DNA of 64,000 bases from an uncultured delta proteobacterium (GCA_963769935.1 CAVYNY010000019.1:64001-128000); one strand, 5' to 3'. Positions 1 through 9,933 are shown, numbered from the stretch's first letter. Notes: generated by a model not told the origin, from the letters alone. Made by a program: numbers and translations.

Positions 1-1450
1 CGCGAATGCTCGTACCGGTCAGTTCGATCTCGCGAAAACTGACCGTCGCCTTGCCGTAATTGTGGATCGGTATGGGTGCATACCAGATCTCAAGGCCGTG
101 GTAACCGAAATACTTGGCGCCGGCAATGAAACTGGCTTCACGCACCAGCGGCAGACTGACAAACTGCCCGGCAATACCTTCCATGCGCGCGGTAATATAA
201 GAGACAATCGGGGTGTAGATAAATCCGTAAGCCAGAAAGAACATCACCGGAAAGTGGGGAACCAGCCAGACGCACAACAGCACGTATGACGTGGTTGAAA
301 AAACATAAATCCCGATCGAAATCCAGAAATTAAAATCCCCCCGGCCCGGAGGCGGGCGAAAAAGATCCTGCAAGGTGCCGCGCTGGGCCGCACTGGATTT
401 GCTGAAAGATCGCAGAACATGCCAGATGCCGATCAAAGCAATGGCCAACCCCAGGCCGATGCCGAAGCTCAGGTAGAAATCGAAATTATTGGCAAAGATT
501 GTATCGACCGTCAACATCCCCGGATGCCAGCGAGTCAGGATTCCATGGTGGTACAAAATCGGATTTGCCACAATGGTAATGATCAGCCCCACCAACCCGC
601 CGATGACCGCCCAGAAAGGCAAGACCATTCCGATGAAAACCAAACCGAGGTCCAACTGAATGCCGGTGGCCACCGCCGGAAGAATATCCTCGGTATGCCC
701 GGTCAATTCAACCCACGGTATGGGAATCAGTCGAATCGGTTCCAGAAGGATTAGACCGGAAACGGTGGGCAGCAAAACATAGATCGCTCCGAAAGCCAGC
801 CCGATCACTCCGCCGATGGAAAACACGCGCCATTTCCAGCTTTTCTCCTTATCTTCGGCCGATTCAGCCAGCGCCATAGTTCCCAGAGCCGCCACCGGCG
901 CCATGGGAAACGGCAGTTTTTCGACATCGGAGGTGATTCGAAAAAGGGCATAGCCCAGTCCGAACTGGTCGATGCGTTGGATAATCTGGGTTCCAATGAG
1001 CAGCAGGATTGGAATCAGCCAATCGCGATGATAAAAAGTCCGCTCCAACAGCGATGAAGAGTCCGGCGACGGTGCCACCCAGGAGGGAATCAAATCCGTC
1101 AGACCCAGCATCCGGGCCGCATCGGATTGCACGAGGTATTGGTTCCACAATAGGCCTTGAAACGGCGTATGCAGAGCTGCGCCGGCCATATAGTACAGCA
1201 GGAAAATTTCCTGCTGCTTCAGGTCACTGTAGGAACGCTTGGCCAGCTCGGCAAAAAGAATAATGGTTACCCAGCGAGCTGCCGGCCCGATTCCGGTGCC
1301 GATAACCAGCTGCAGATACATACTGCCCGGCATCATGAGAAAGCCGATAAAAATCGCCCCCACAACCGTCTTCCAGTTAAACCCCTCCTCGAAATGATCC
1401 GGGGTCTTTAAAAGATCTCTATACTCCTGAAGTTCTTTATCTTCGTACAT
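1..1450 (-). CDS. OPT-like ('peptide transporter') multi-pass membrane protein, runs off the window's left edge
   Basis: Not in the ORF track because it is truncated. Manual translation from the ATG at 1450 gives MYEDKELQEYRDLLKTPDHFEEGFNWKTVVGAIFIGFLMMPGSMYLQLVIG...SDVEKLPFPMAPVAALGTMALAE..., open to base 1. Many TM segments and an OPT-like E-x-L-P-F-P motif. Confidence 0.75.
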   Translation of the reverse strand, partial: MYEDKELQEYRDLLKTPDHFEEGFNWKTVVGAIFIGFLMMPGSMYLQLVIGTGIGPAARWVTIILFAELAKRSYSDLKQQEIFLLYYMAGAALHTPFQGLLWNQYLVQSDAARMLGLTDLIPSWVAPSPDSSSLLERTFYHRDWLIPILLLIGTQIIQRIDQFGLGYALFRITSDVEKLPFPMAPVAALGTMALAESAEDKEKSWKWRVFSIGGVIGLAFGAIYVLLPTVSGLILLEPIRLIPIPWVELTGHTEDILPAVATGIQLDLGLVFIGMVLPFWAVIGGLVGLIITIVANPILYHHGILTRWHPGMLTVDTIFANNFDFYLSFGIGLGLAIALIGIWHVLRSFSKSSAAQRGTLQDLFRPPPGRGDFNFWISIGIYVFSTTSYVLLCVWLVPHFPVMFFLAYGFIYTPIVSYITARMEGIAGQFVSLPLVREASFIAGAKYFGYHGLEIWYAPIPIHNYGKATVSFREIELTGTSIR

Positions 1451-1468
1451 GAGCCGTGTTCCGTGCTA

Positions 1469-1538
1469 CGGGTTGCGGGTTACGAGTTGCGTGGTGCGCG
1501 TTGCGCGGTGTGCAGTGTGTTGCGCGGCGCGGGTTACG
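1469..1538. repeat. Heptamer tandem array (GGGTTGC/GAGTTGC-like), left arm of an inverted pair
   Basis: gggttgcgggttacgagttgcgtggtgcgcgttgcgcgg; reverse-complement-like to 1828-1876. Confidence 0.85.
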
Positions 1539-1598
1539 CACTGTACATCGCGTATCCTGAGTAAGGCATTTCGTTAGCAACATTGCTTTTTATCCCGT

Positions 1599-1713
1599 TT
1601 AGTTCCATTCCTTTTCGACGTATTGAACGAAGTTATCAATTTTCTCTCTACGGTCCATATTGATGAAGTTTCTGCGAGAACTTATGTATTTTCACAGCTA
1701 AATCATATGATGC
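1599..1713 (-). pseudogene. Probable internally deleted four-helix-bundle (TIGR02436/23S-IVP-like) gene remnant
   Basis: Minus strand reads ASYDLAVKIHKFSQKLHQY (N-terminal-helix-like), then in another frame KIDNFVQYVEKEWN* (C-terminus-like). No middle part. Resemblance judged by eye. Confidence 0.5.
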
Positions 1714-1827
1714 AGAATCAATCAAAAATGCCAGTGATTTTCGTCGGAACTGCCAAAGTTCAATGCAATATTTTATGCAATTATCGGGTTGACCGAATCT
1801 CTCACCTCGTTGCTGGCAATACGATTT

Positions 1828-1876
1828 TCGCAACCCGCACCTCGCACCTCGCACCTCGCAACCCGCAACCCGCATC
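1828..1876. repeat. Heptamer tandem array (CGCAACC/CGCACCT), right arm of an inverted pair
   Basis: tcgcaacccgcacctcgcacctcgcacctcgcaacccgcaacccgcatc, directly after the stop codon of the 1877 gene. Confidence 0.9.
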
Positions 1877-3916
1877 TCAATTCGGCAATACCAGGTAGCT
1901 CGAATAACTGAACAATCCGTAAATGGCCCAGGAACCGGCCATCAGGAAATCGCCGATGATCAGGCCGATAAAAAAATTGCGCAGCTTTTTAAACAACCCC
2001 ACCCCGCCGTAGCGCATGCACAGTGCATTGCAAAGCCATCCGACGAAAAAGCTGAACCACAGGATTCGCATGGCAGAACTGTACGCGGTTAAATAGCCGA
2101 TGGGATGTATCGGCCACCAGTAAAACCGATGGTAGCAGATCACTAAAATCAGCATCACGAAGGCACCGGCCAGGGTGAATATTGTCACCCACTTGCTGGT
2201 TTCGATCGGCATTTCGATCAGGCTGTATACGTTGTCGTAAACCGCCACAGTTGTTTGGGTAGCCCAATCGAGCTCGAGCTCGCGCACACCGTATTTGTAG
2301 CACAGCGCAAGCATGGCCAGAAACGATACAATGATCCCGGCCATCAGCGTCAACATGATAAAGAAAAATATCCGGTGATTGTTTGAGGTTTTGTCCGTCA
2401 CCTTGCGGGCATGCAGCAGCGACGGCATGAGAGACTCCCGCAAATCAACAAAAAGCATTTTTTGAACGACAGCTGCCACAACAAGGCCGACGCTGGTGAA
2501 ATACCGGGTGCCGAAAAAAGCGATGACACCATCCAGCGGCGCTGCTGTCAGGGTAAAATACGCAATCCCGCCCTGGCAAATCACCCGAGTGGCCACCAGG
2601 GTAAAAAGGAAGAAAGCGCCGACCACCACAAAAGAAAAGAGGAACGGGATACCGAAATATGAGCACCAGATCACAATCGCAAATCCGCCGCCGACAGCCC
2701 CCCAGAATGCCAGTCGGGTGGAAATCCACTCCTGCTCTAAATTTTCATCCCTTTCAAGGCCGAAGCCTTTTCGCAGCATCTCCAGAAAATGAAACCGCGC
2801 CAGCCAGGCCAGAAACACGAAAAACACCAGATATGCGCCGATCATCTGAGTTTCTTCGGGTCGCGCTATGGTTGGGCCGAAGGTTACCCCCAGCGCCGCC
2901 TCCGGTATGTTTAGACCGAAGATGTATAGCAAGCCGATAAGCAGCGCTCCGGCAATATAGAACAGCCAGAATGAAAAGGATACCTGCTTGGACGTCAGAA
3001 AGGCGAATCCAATAAAAGCCGGATAAATATAGATTTTAAGTTTATAGAAGCCTGAAAAAAGACCCTGCTTGGGAAAATAATTGCCGGCCAGAACCAAGGT
3101 GGGAATCGACGGAACCGATGGATTGTAAAAATTCAGTCCGTTAATCAGGTGCAGACATACCGGCAATAAAATGCCGGCCAGCATAAATCGATTGGCGAAA
3201 AAACGACCCAGTTGATTATTGTCAAAGGCCTCCTGCATCAACAGCGGAACCTGGAGCAGAGGAAAATTCATCCGTTCGTGGTATAGTCCCTGTTTGCTCA
3301 AAAGGCTGACAATGCAGGCCAGCACGATATAGCACAGGAAAACAAACCCCGCCCATCCAAGCAGCGGTCCCAGCCAGGCATCCCAGGGGATGTTCGCCAG
3401 GACCTCCAGCCATCCCATCTGCCGGCCGTCGGTCAATCCGTTGTAAAGTTCTTCAATGGCTTCCTGACTTTGAGGATACCAGCTTTGGGGCAGCAGGGGC
3501 TGCAGGACTTGTTCCCAGCGGTTTTCAACCGTAGCGAAGTGATAGGGTGCCGTTAAATTGATGAAAAAGGTGCGCACCAGGCCGGTCCAGGCGATGCCGG
3601 ATAACAAAACCATCAGAGACCAGGAAACCAACAGTTCTTTGCCGGTCAGCAGACCCCGGCCTTTGAAAATTGTCCGGATTACGGCGGTAAAGATCATCAG
3701 CCAGATCAGTAAATAAAACGGTGCCAAAGGAAAATGGCCTCCGCCCAGGGGGGTCCCCTGCCGATAGGCATTGTTGAAAGGCGTGATGATGCAAATCGCA
3801 AGGGCCAGACAGGAGCCCAGCAATAAGGCGCGCAATCGGATCTTATCGCCGGAGGATGCCTCAACGGCCCGGGATTTCGATTCCTCAGTCAAAATGCTGT
3901 TTTGGCTTTCGGTCAT
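1877..3916 (-). CDS. DUF6785/DUF6784-like multi-pass membrane protein (about 680 aa)
   Basis: Long hydrophobic ORF with many TM segments and the motifs HERMNFPLLQVP, WWPIHPIGY, RYGG, FFIGLIIGDF. Confidence 0.75.
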   Translation of the reverse strand: MTESQNSILTEESKSRAVEASSGDKIRLRALLLGSCLALAICIITPFNNAYRQGTPLGGGHFPLAPFYLLIWLMIFTAVIRTIFKGRGLLTGKELLVSWSLMVLLSGIAWTGLVRTFFINLTAPYHFATVENRWEQVLQPLLPQSWYPQSQEAIEELYNGLTDGRQMGWLEVLANIPWDAWLGPLLGWAGFVFLCYIVLACIVSLLSKQGLYHERMNFPLLQVPLLMQEAFDNNQLGRFFANRFMLAGILLPVCLHLINGLNFYNPSVPSIPTLVLAGNYFPKQGLFSGFYKLKIYIYPAFIGFAFLTSKQVSFSFWLFYIAGALLIGLLYIFGLNIPEAALGVTFGPTIARPEETQMIGAYLVFFVFLAWLARFHFLEMLRKGFGLERDENLEQEWISTRLAFWGAVGGGFAIVIWCSYFGIPFLFSFVVVGAFFLFTLVATRVICQGGIAYFTLTAAPLDGVIAFFGTRYFTSVGLVVAAVVQKMLFVDLRESLMPSLLHARKVTDKTSNNHRIFFFIMLTLMAGIIVSFLAMLALCYKYGVRELELDWATQTTVAVYDNVYSLIEMPIETSKWVTIFTLAGAFVMLILVICYHRFYWWPIHPIGYLTAYSSAMRILWFSFFVGWLCNALCMRYGGVGLFKKLRNFFIGLIIGDFLMAGSWAIYGLFSYSSYLVLPN

Positions 3917-3941
3917 CAATCCTTCTTTTTGGTTTCAGTTA

Positions 3942-6900
3942 TCAAGGCCGCATGCCTAATTCTTCTTCCGCACTGATTAACAGCCGTTCGTAGTGTGCTT
4001 TCGTAGGGTCGTCAAAGGAGCGCCATAGCAATAATTGCTTGCGGACATCATGCAGAAAGGCTTTGTTGATCCGGCGCCAGGCATTGGCTTCGCCCGACTC
4101 ACGAATGAGTTGAACGTAAATTTCCAAAAATCCAGCCTCGTTTACAGCCGGTCTGAATATAATCGCCACCCGCTGCATGATTCCGAAATCAAAGGGTGCC
4201 AGCCAGACCCGTGCTTTTAACCGAAGGCATTGATCATATTCACATGCGCCTTCCGTACAATCATACCCGTCTTCAGTCAAACCGGGTGCTTTCTCGCAGA
4301 CAAAATCGAATTCGATATCGGCGGTGGAAAACATGCCATGGGAAATATCCTGGTGTCCCTCGAAATATTCATATATAAAGCCCCCGATACTGCGGTGCTC
4401 CTTGTAAGTCATTAAAAACGGGAGGGTCATTTCCATTTCATTGCCCCGCGCCTGGGGCATCGACCAGGAGCGGTTTACATCGGGCATCGCAATCTCGCCG
4501 GCCACTTTAGCGGGATAAATTACCGAAATCAGCACCACGACGATAACCAGAATCATGGCGGCAACACCGGACAGCGAAGAGTAATTCACGGTAATGCCCG
4601 ACCACAGAGCAGTCTCGGCAAAAAGTTTGGCGGAGGTTTGGGCCAGCAAATATCCGAACACCACGCTTAAGACGGCAAATGCCAGGGCCTCGGCAATGAA
4701 AAGAAAGGCTACATGGGACGGTGCCAGCCCCACCGAGGTATAGATCCCGATTTCACGCTTGCGCTCATAGACACTGCCGATCATGGTATTCAGGACAATA
4801 AATACAGAAATAATCAGCGGAATTATAATGTTGGGCACCCCGCTGTAATTCATGGTATCGCTGGCATGGTAAAGGTAGGTGCCGTCCTTTTCTCCGCTGA
4901 ACAGAGACAGTCCGAAGCGATCATTCAGAGTTTGAGCTGCAGTCGCGATCGATATGCCGGAGGGGGGTCGCACGGCGACGGCCTTTAAATGCCCCCCGGC
5001 CGCCAGCAGAAAGCGGTACGGCACGATGAGGGTCAAATCGCCGGCCACATGTTGATAGCGGCTCTGAAATTCCCGCACTTCATCGCCGGATTCCAGTGCT
5101 TCTTCTTCCACTTCGGTCAGCTCGGATGACATTTCCCGCGGAAAGGTGACCGGCGTTATGGGTTCGCCGTCCAGATCAACGTTCTCCTGCAATTTCCGGC
5201 CGGAAAAAATACCGACTACCTGAAACGGCATTCCCCAGAGATAAACGGTATGGTGCTGCGGCCGGGAAAGATCAATGTTCAATTGCTCCGCCATCCGCTC
5301 GGGCAAAAGTACGGCCTGCTCATCGCTTGGAAGCAGCCAGCGTCCCGCCACAAGAATTTTATCGAGTCCCGAGACCTGCGGTTCTTCAGCTGAAAGTCCC
5401 ACCATTCCCTGGGCTTCAGCAACACGGCCGTTGCGCATGACAGGAATACGATTGGTGCGAGTCCGATCTTCGTCTTCCAACCACACCCGGGGCACGACAA
5501 CAGCTTGATCGTCAAAGGCGTCGGCAATCATGCTGAAAGCTTTGGGCGGCAAACTTCTCCAATTGACGTTTTTTAACAGAAACCCCTGGTAGGGCGTCCG
5601 GCTGCTATACAAAACGCGAAAATGCCGCCGCATGGATTTAGCGGAAGTAAAACTCATGATCGTAAATGTCAAAATGACCAGCGTGGCACAAGTCAACGCC
5701 GTGCGCAAACGCCGACGTCTCAGGTTGCTGACGCCCAGCAGGAAGGCAGCTACGAATGCTTTCCAGCGGCCGATTTCACCGGATTGAACCACCTGGGCGC
5801 GAGTCTGAAGACGCTTCATTTCTTCCTCAAAGCGGAAGAAAATGATCAGCGTTACGATTAAGGAAAGTCCCATAATAAGGAATGCCAGAATGACAACCAT
5901 GGGACTATAGGCCAGCTGAAACGCGGGATGAACATTGTAGATCACAATGATCAGCGCCAGCAGGATGCTGCTGAAGGCAACGATACGCTTGTAAATATTG
6001 GCATAGCAAAACAGCAACCGTTCCAGACAGAAGGCAAAGGGAACAAACAGCGCAATGTAAAACAGCACACCGTAGAGAACATCTTTCTGGGTTTTTTCGA
6101 CGTCATCGTAAACCCGGCTGGCCAGGGCCCACGAGCCCTCGGCGGCTTCGAAAAATTTGCCGTACTGCTTGTTCTTTAAAGCAGATTCCGCGCTGCTCAA
6201 ATCCTTCTCTCCCGTCTGATGGAGGCTGCGAATGCGTTCGTTGTAGATGCCCCGCTCCTCCAGGTTGGCAATGCGCGGCGTCAGCAAGGCCCACATGTCC
6301 CGGGCGATTTTGTACTCAGTGCGATATAAAATCGGCCACTTATCAACCAGATAGCCCGTGCCTTGAGGGTTTTCGGCGTTGGCATTGAGCAGGATCAATT
6401 TTTTGCGCAGAATACTGTCGGAAAGCGTTATTTTCAGCGGTGTGCCGGCTTCCAGAAATACGGTCGTGATGCTGGAAGCGTTGCGGTAAAAAGAAACCCA
6501 GGTGTCGAGACGGCTCATAAAATAGTGCAGCGGTTCGGACTCGCGCCGGCCGTCAAGGATTTCTCCTCTATGCAGGTAGCGGAAAGTACGCGGCTCCATG
6601 AGATCAAACAGCGTTATGCCCTTGCAGGCGAACATAATCAGATCGGTTTCCATATGGCGGCGAAACATTTTCACCCGATAGGCATCTTTTCCGGTCTGCT
6701 TTTTGTCGATCGTCCATTGAATGTCACCGGTCATCGCGTCGAATTTATACCCTTCGAATATCACCTTGTGATAGCTGTTTTTTTTATCGGCCACGCCGCG
6801 CAGATGAAACTTTCCCATGTGGTCCACCATCACATAGTATCTGGCCGGACCCTGATAGCAAAGCAGCACGGTTCCCGGAGCCGGTTGATCGGCAAACAAC

Positions 6901-9029
6901 TCGCCGTGCCGTAAAAATTTGGCACTGCCGTTAATTTCACCAAATCCATTGCGCGGATAAATTCCTTCCTGCACCGCGGGCACCCGGGTCAGATATTGAA
7001 TCAACCCTGTCACCACGGCACTTTGGCGGAGAGCGAATCCAAAATCAACGTTTGCGGGCACATCGTGGGGGGTACCCCAGGCAGCGCGCGCATCGTTGAT
7101 GGTGACGAAGGTGAATCCATGATAACCGGCCAGAGCGGTAACCTCTCCGCCCAGAGGCGGCTGGTCCAGAAAGTAGCTCTGCCAGGATCGACGCTGACTC
7201 GGACGCAGGGTATCTTTGTACATTGCGGGAATCCCGAGTGACTTCTCAACATCCTGCGCACCCTTTTGCAGAATCTCTGCCAGCAAGGAATAAGCAGCGG
7301 TGCGGTTGATCCTTTCACGAAGGGGATACTGCCAGCCGTAATCGAACGCTCCGAAACCGTTCCCGTGACTGGAAAGGTGGAGCGACACGGCGGCGACCAG
7401 ATCGTAGACCTTGGCCTTGCCGCGAAATGATCGGGCGCTGCCGATCAGATCCAGCTGGGTTCTGGCATCGGCCAGAATGGCCCCCTGCTCATCGATCGCC
7501 CGCGGCACCATACGGGTCAGCACCTGTTGCTCCTCGGGCGATAATCCCGTAAAGCTCGGCATCCAGACCAGCCGCCTCAGCAACTGTCTTTCAGAGACCA
7601 AGTCTTTAATAACTTTCTGGTTGGCCGCGGTGTTTTCCTGCAGCCGAAGCCGCATCAAGCGGCGGGAAATTTTATCGGATTCAGTCTTTATTTGTTCTTC
7701 AAGGGCCATTTGGGCCAACGTTTGACTCTCGTTGTCCGCCGAATCTTCAGCCGCTGGTTTATCAAATGTTGCATGCTCCAGGGCCTTGATGGTTTTGCGG
7801 GTTTTCTTGATCAGAGCCTCTGATTCCCGCTTCATGTCACGCTGTATTATTGTCCGCGTCGTTAAACTCCAGACCAGTTCGCGCATCCCGGCCAGGGCCT
7901 GGGCATGGCCGCCGGTAGCCACCAGAATAACCGTTCTTTGCGGAGGATTATCCTTCAGATGTTGGGCTAAATACAGAAGTGTGGCCACGCCGCAGGCCTC
8001 ATCCGCACCAGGCGACAGTCCGGCTACCCAGGCCGAACTGTCATAAAAAGCGTCCACCATCACGGCCTGCTCCTGTAGTTTTGGGTCGGTCCCGGGGATG
8101 ATAGCGTAGATATTTTGGGAAATCACCTGTTCCCATTTTATTTCCGATGTCAGACGGACATTTTCGGCGACCCGTCCGGCGGGTGTTGTTTCAAAACCGG
8201 GAATAAGCTCCTGGAGACGATCCGACGAGATCCAGAAGCGCGGAAACTGAATTGGAGAAAGCTCAAACTTATCTTCAAAGAAGAATTTGGCGGAGTTGCC
8301 GCGGTCCACGTAGATCAAAGCTTTGGCCCCCAGATCGGCGGCATAAAGCCAGTTTTTACCGGATTCAAGCTCCATCAGGATGATCGATCCCTCTATATCT
8401 TTGCCTCTTAGGTCATCGAAACCACCGTTGCCGACGTAAATCAGGGGCGCCTGAATTCCGGTGGGCGGAATGGTCTGAGGCGCAACGGCGTTGCCATGGA
8501 TCGGTCTAATGGGAAGCGTGATAGCGCGATCTGCAATGGTCATCGCACTGTTTTTCGCTTTGACGACGGCAACTTCGAATTTTTGAGAATCGACCGTCTC
8601 AAAACCGAGAGCCGCAAAGCGGTCTTTTATATAGTCAGCTGCTGTACCGTTGCCGCTGCTGCCCGAAGATCGGTCCCCAAAAGAGGACAGTTCTTCCACC
8701 GTTTCCCGGAAGACTTTCCGATTCTGATCGGAAATTTCCGCCAGGGCGATAGGTCCGGAAGTGAAGAAAGTAAAAAGGAAGATCCCAATGCACAGGAGTA
8801 CTTTACGGCCGGCGGCCCGCGGCCGGCGGGATGCGGAATACTGGATGCCGGATGCTCGATACTCGATGCTCGATGCTGGATGCTGGATACTCGATGCTCG
8901 ATGCTCGGTACTGGATGCTCGATGCCTGCTGCTGGATACGCGGTGCGCGGTATTCAATCCAGGATAGCGAGATTCATGGCTTGGCGGAGACGCCGTTAAC
9001 GTATGATTGGGCAGAAGTTCTTTTTTCAT
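3942..9029 (-). CDS. Giant PA + M28-peptidase-like + FtsX/MacB permease fusion protein
   Basis: Signal-like segment, PA-like APLIYVG, M28-like DAFYDS..SPGADEACGVA, then NLRRRRLRTALT and SVYERKREIGIYTSVGLAP (FtsX). Start uncertain: ATG 9029 chosen, the ORF track extends to 9299 through repeats. Confidence 0.85.
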   Translation of the reverse strand: MKKELLPNHTLTASPPSHESRYPGLNTAHRVSSSRHRASSTEHRASSIQHPASSIEYRASGIQYSASRRPRAAGRKVLLCIGIFLFTFFTSGPIALAEISDQNRKVFRETVEELSSFGDRSSGSSGNGTAADYIKDRFAALGFETVDSQKFEVAVVKAKNSAMTIADRAITLPIRPIHGNAVAPQTIPPTGIQAPLIYVGNGGFDDLRGKDIEGSIILMELESGKNWLYAADLGAKALIYVDRGNSAKFFFEDKFELSPIQFPRFWISSDRLQELIPGFETTPAGRVAENVRLTSEIKWEQVISQNIYAIIPGTDPKLQEQAVMVDAFYDSSAWVAGLSPGADEACGVATLLYLAQHLKDNPPQRTVILVATGGHAQALAGMRELVWSLTTRTIIQRDMKRESEALIKKTRKTIKALEHATFDKPAAEDSADNESQTLAQMALEEQIKTESDKISRRLMRLRLQENTAANQKVIKDLVSERQLLRRLVWMPSFTGLSPEEQQVLTRMVPRAIDEQGAILADARTQLDLIGSARSFRGKAKVYDLVAAVSLHLSSHGNGFGAFDYGWQYPLRERINRTAAYSLLAEILQKGAQDVEKSLGIPAMYKDTLRPSQRRSWQSYFLDQPPLGGEVTALAGYHGFTFVTINDARAAWGTPHDVPANVDFGFALRQSAVVTGLIQYLTRVPAVQEGIYPRNGFGEINGSAKFLRHGELFADQPAPGTVLLCYQGPARYYVMVDHMGKFHLRGVADKKNSYHKVIFEGYKFDAMTGDIQWTIDKKQTGKDAYRVKMFRRHMETDLIMFACKGITLFDLMEPRTFRYLHRGEILDGRRESEPLHYFMSRLDTWVSFYRNASSITTVFLEAGTPLKITLSDSILRKKLILLNANAENPQGTGYLVDKWPILYRTEYKIARDMWALLTPRIANLEERGIYNERIRSLHQTGEKDLSSAESALKNKQYGKFFEAAEGSWALASRVYDDVEKTQKDVLYGVLFYIALFVPFAFCLERLLFCYANIYKRIVAFSSILLALIIVIYNVHPAFQLAYSPMVVILAFLIMGLSLIVTLIIFFRFEEEMKRLQTRAQVVQSGEIGRWKAFVAAFLLGVSNLRRRRLRTALTCATLVILTFTIMSFTSAKSMRRHFRVLYSSRTPYQGFLLKNVNWRSLPPKAFSMIADAFDDQAVVVPRVWLEDEDRTRTNRIPVMRNGRVAEAQGMVGLSAEEPQVSGLDKILVAGRWLLPSDEQAVLLPERMAEQLNIDLSRPQHHTVYLWGMPFQVVGIFSGRKLQENVDLDGEPITPVTFPREMSSELTEVEEEALESGDEVREFQSRYQHVAGDLTLIVPYRFLLAAGGHLKAVAVRPPSGISIATAAQTLNDRFGLSLFSGEKDGTYLYHASDTMNYSGVPNIIIPLIISVFIVLNTMIGSVYERKREIGIYTSVGLAPSHVAFLFIAEALAFAVLSVVFGYLLAQTSAKLFAETALWSGITVNYSSLSGVAAMILVIVVVLISVIYPAKVAGEIAMPDVNRSWSMPQARGNEMEMTLPFLMTYKEHRSIGGFIYEYFEGHQDISHGMFSTADIEFDFVCEKAPGLTEDGYDCTEGACEYDQCLRLKARVWLAPFDFGIMQRVAIIFRPAVNEAGFLEIYVQLIRESGEANAWRRINKAFLHDVRKQLLLWRSFDDPTKAHYERLLISAEEELGMRP
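8828..8945. repeat. Heptamer tandem array (GGATGCT/CGATACT), left arm
   Basis: ggatgctcgatactcgatgctcgatgctggatgctggatactcgatgctcgatgctcggtactggatgctcgatgc. Confidence 0.9.
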
Positions 9030-9151
9030 TTTAAGGAATCCAGACCCAGTATCCAACAATCCGACACCAGAAGACCGAAGCCGGAGGTCGGAAGTCAAAT
9101 TACGGACATAATTTGCCTTATGACTTGAGCCTAAAGCCCACCGCCGGCCAA

Positions 9152-9195
9152 ATCCAGCATCAATTATCCAGTATCGAGCATCCAGCAGCCAGCAG
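9152..9195. repeat. Heptamer array (ATCCAGC/ATCGAGC), right arm inverted to 8828-8945
   Basis: atccagcatcaattatccagtatcgagcatccagcagccagcag, directly after the ATPase stop codon. Confidence 0.8.
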
Positions 9196-9933
9196 CTATT
9201 CCCGCGTCCCGATTTGCCCGATGGAAATTGACAGCTCTTCACGATCTTCGATTTTATCGACCCGTCCGTCCCGGACCCAAACCACCTGGTCGGAGACATT
9301 CAGCATTTTGAAGTCGTGGGTAGCAGATATGACGGTTACGCCGCGTTCCTGGCTCAGCCGCTTGAGCAGCGCTATGATTTCTTCGCCGGTTGTCAGATCC
9401 AGGTTGCCGGTCGGCTCATCAGCCAGAATGATGGCCGGATCATTGGCCAGCGCGCGGGCAACCGCAACCCGCTGCTGCTGTCCGCCGGAGAGCTCAAATG
9501 GTTTATGGCTGAAGCGGTCGCCCAGCCCCACCAATTCCAGGAGCTGCATGCCTTTTTCGACCGCAGCATCGTTGTGCATGCCGGCAAAAATCATCGGAAG
9601 GGTCACGTTTTCCAGAGCGGTCATAACCTGGATGATGTTAAAGGTCTGGAAAATATAGCCGATTTTGCGACAGCGCAGCCACGCCAGTTCGTAGGCATCC
9701 AACTGGGCGATATCAACCTCATCGATGAAGACCTTGCCGCTGGTCGGCTTGTCCAGACCGCCGATCATGTTAAACAGGGTACTTTTGCCGGACCCCGACG
9801 GCCCCATAATGGAAATGTAGTCACCTTTGGCAATTTCAAGGTTAACGCCTTTGAGGGCCTGCACTTCGATCTTTCCCAGCTTGAACACTTTGGTGACATT
9901 TGAAACGCGCACCACATTAGCAGCTTCTGCCAT
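9196..9933 (-). CDS. ABC transporter ATP-binding protein, LolD/MacB-type
   Basis: GPSGSGKST, LSGGQQQRVAVARALANDP, ILADEPTGNLD. Likely start MAEAANVVRV at 9933. Confidence 0.95.
   Translation of the reverse strand: MAEAANVVRVSNVTKVFKLGKIEVQALKGVNLEIAKGDYISIMGPSGSGKSTLFNMIGGLDKPTSGKVFIDEVDIAQLDAYELAWLRCRKIGYIFQTFNIIQVMTALENVTLPMIFAGMHNDAAVEKGMQLLELVGLGDRFSHKPFELSGGQQQRVAVARALANDPAIILADEPTGNLDLTTGEEIIALLKRLSQERGVTVISATHDFKMLNVSDQVVWVRDGRVDKIEDREELSISIGQIGTRE

Noticed and set aside
1599..1713. Diversity-generating retroelement suggested by the Avd-like four-helix remnant
   Set aside because: No reverse transcriptase and no TR/VR pair seen in the window.
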